DNA of 24,000 nucleotides from Magnetovibrio sp. PR-2 (GTDB lineage Bacteria; Pseudomonadota; Alphaproteobacteria; Rhodospirillales; Magnetovibrionaceae): NCBI RefSeq assembly GCF_036689815.1, contig NZ_JBAHUR010000022.1, positions 13,041 to 37,040 of the forward strand, read 5' to 3'. Shown piece by piece: positions 22,398 to 24,000 of this stretch (position 1 is its first letter; each line of letters starts with the position of its first letter). The notes under the pieces were generated by a model. It saw only the letters and a program-made list of their open reading frames with translations, ran no database searches and was not told where the DNA came from. The position numbers and the translations under genes were made by a program.

Positions 22398-23198
22398 ATG
22401 CCTATGTTTTATCGTGCTAACAGATCTTATTCCGGTATAGGCCTTTCATATTGCCTAGCGTTTATATTCTCGATTTTAATTTCCGGACAAGCACTTGCTG
22501 ATCAAGCTGTCTATGTTGAAACTGATAAGGCGCGAGCAGCATATATAATTCTCAAAGACAAACAGGTTCTACGTGAATTTTGCGAACCATGTGGAAGTAT
22601 TGCGTTTCGGGAAATCGAAATTGACTCAATTCAAATTAAGAAATCAAAGACAAGTAAAGAACATGCCATTTCAATAAATGGAGATCGTATTGATTTGGCA
22701 TACACATATGTAGAAGATGGCAATGGAGGATGGAAAAACCTTGCCTCTCTTTTAAACGTCGAAATTGATTCACCTATATTTGAATATTTTACTGAAAACT
22801 TTTCTGACGAGCTTGCCGATTTTCGTTTCATCCCCATGGCAAGTTCAATTATCGAGAAATGCGATAATGTCATTCGCGCCAACAATTCAGACGTACATAC
22901 ACACGATGACGACAATGCAGCATACCAAGGTGTCAAATGCCTTGAAGAAAGCATTGTCGAAAACCTCAGTTTGCTTTCAAGAGCGACCAAAGAAGATATT
23001 CGCCAGACTATGGATCAATTGCGTAATGCATATCGGAAGCTTCAAGAGGACATGTTTTACAATGTTGAAAAATGTGGCATTTCGTGTGGTTCGATTTTTA
23101 TTCCGATGCCCAACACTCAAACCTTCAAGCTCTATGAGTTGATTTTAACGGATATCATTGAGCAGAGAAAATATCATAACGTTTACACACCTCAGTGA
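22398..23198 (+). CDS. Secreted hypothetical protein (266 aa) in an AT-rich segment
   Basis: The ORF has a signal-peptide-like N-terminus (IGLSYCLAFIFSILISGQALA/DQ). I recognise no family. GC is visibly lower than in the flanking sequence. Confidence 0.65.
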   Translation: MPMFYRANRSYSGIGLSYCLAFIFSILISGQALADQAVYVETDKARAAYIILKDKQVLREFCEPCGSIAFREIEIDSIQIKKSKTSKEHAISINGDRIDLAYTYVEDGNGGWKNLASLLNVEIDSPIFEYFTENFSDELADFRFIPMASSIIEKCDNVIRANNSDVHTHDDDNAAYQGVKCLEESIVENLSLLSRATKEDIRQTMDQLRNAYRKLQEDMFYNVEKCGISCGSIFIPMPNTQTFKLYELILTDIIEQRKYHNVYTPQ

Positions 23199-23293
23199 GT
23201 CTCCGCCAATTGGTTTGAAAAACATGATCTACACCCCCCAGAAAATATAAACCTACGTTACTGTGACAGTTCACTTAACGTGTTTGCCCGTGA

Positions 23294-23305
23294 GGGGGGG
23301 GGGGG
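23294..23305. repeat. G12 homopolymer tract
   Basis: Counted directly: tga + 12 G + cagcgg. Confidence 0.95.
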
Positions 23306-23575
23306 CAGCGGCCCCATGGGAGTTTTCAACACCGAGTTGGATTTCGAGTCCGGGACTTTCGGCATCAGCGATGCGTCGTTGATGGATGACGTTTGACGCG
23401 GTGTGCCGAACGTGTTGTTGGGTTGCGTACGCTTTGGCGCGCTCCGTGTAAACCCACCATCGTCTTGGCCGTTGGTCGAGCCCATCGACGTTGAAATGAA
23501 GACCTACTACGAGCCTTGCAAAACCGAAAACCGCACGGTCAAAAAACACCAAATTTTAATTTCCTGACTCGCGCG

Positions 23576-23630
23576 ATGGTCGTATGATGTCTGCGTATTC
23601 AAAAGGAACGACCATGTCCCAAGCACACCT
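23576..23630 (+). repeat. Copy B of the duplicated leader element; mini-ORF MMSAYSKGTTMSQAHLMHDQPDLTYIQTRLKFVQ
   Basis: It contains the perfect inverted repeat ATGGTCGT-N24-ACGACCAT. It precedes the lipoprotein gene that starts at 23710. Confidence 0.6.
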
Positions 23631-23709
23631 CATGCACGACCAACCAGACCTCACGTACATCCAAACGCGGCTTAAATTTGTTCAGTGAGCGGGAAGAGGA
23701 ACGCGAAGC

Positions 23710-24000
23710 ATGATCCAAATATGGAAAACACTGCTCACCTTGAGTGTGATGGCCATTGCTCTGACGGCCTGCACAAGTCATGCACAAAACGAGGCCAAAC
23801 ACTTGGCCGATGTGCCACCACCTGATGAACTCCGTTTTATCAGTTCTGATAGTTCCTCATCCACATGCATCGGCGATCCCAAAACGCCTTTATGTGCTGT
23901 GGAAACGATTATGGCTTGCTTTGCCCGTATGGATAAAGCTTTGTGCGGTAAAGTAGGGGTAAAAGGTAAGGTGTATCTTGGTAAATATGTGGAGACTGTA
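23710..24000 (+). CDS. Putative lipoprotein, 5' part only (runs off the right edge)
   Basis: Not in the ORF track because it has no stop in the window. Manual translation gives MIQIWKTLLTLSVMAIALTACTSHAQNEAKHLADVPPPDELRF..., with a lipobox L-T-A-C. GAGGAA lies 8 nt upstream. The frame is open to position 24000. Confidence 0.6.
   Translation, partial: MIQIWKTLLTLSVMAIALTACTSHAQNEAKHLADVPPPDELRFISSDSSSSTCIGDPKTPLCAVETIMACFARMDKALCGKVGVKGKVYLGKYVETV

Noticed and set aside
23394-23396. The in-frame TGA as a selenocysteine or read-through codon
   Set aside because: I could not see an obvious SECIS-like hairpin immediately downstream, and nothing suggests a selenoprotein family. Pseudogenisation or non-coding sequence is the simpler explanation.
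23258-23552. Minus-strand ORFs of 75 and 93 aa across the G12 region
   Set aside because: They have no RBS, and their composition is Arg/Pro-rich and antisense-like. The plus-strand frame looks more protein-like, although it is interrupted. None is confidently a gene.
1-24000. Mobile-element signatures (transposase, integrase, tRNA-adjacent att sites) that might flag the R-body locus as an island
   Set aside because: I could not recognise any transposase or integrase ORF, tRNA gene or long terminal repeat in the window. Only the AT-rich patches hint at foreign DNA, so no mobile element is called.

Overview
The window looks like a chromosomal segment from a Proteobacterium, probably an alphaproteobacterium. 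This is inferred from a DUF1491-type gene and the general gene content. GC is moderate, with two AT-rich patches.

Left half (1-14.6 kb), ordinary or accessory functions:
- A padR-adaptor-RND efflux operon on the minus strand. The RND gene runs off the left edge and is missing from the ORF track.
- DUF1491 and HIT-family genes.
- A sensor kinase, CheY-like regulator and REC-PAS-GGDEF(degenerate)-EAL operon.
- A 56-aa membrane peptide, metY, and a sugar-nucleotide epimerase plus GT4 glycosyltransferase pair.

Right half (about 14.65-22.18 kb), the standout: a dense locus of seven clear RebB / killing-trait (R-body) family paralogs.
- Four are long (107-110 aa), two are short (75-83 aa), and one has a Ser/Asp-rich N-terminal extension.
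- Two larger proteins in the locus carry cryptic Reb-like segments.
- A divergent trio of low-complexity hypothetical genes and an ECF-type sigma factor complete it.
- I found one shared promoter-like motif, TCACAA-N14/15-CGTC, seven times. Each copy is correctly oriented upstream of a transcription unit of this locus, including the sigma gene. This suggests a self-contained ECF-controlled R-body regulon.

The final 1.8 kb is compositionally distinct. It holds two secreted or lipoprotein genes that share a duplicated leader with a conserved mini-ORF, and a G12 homopolymer inside an apparent gene remnant.

I recognised no rRNA, tRNA, CRISPR array or transposase.
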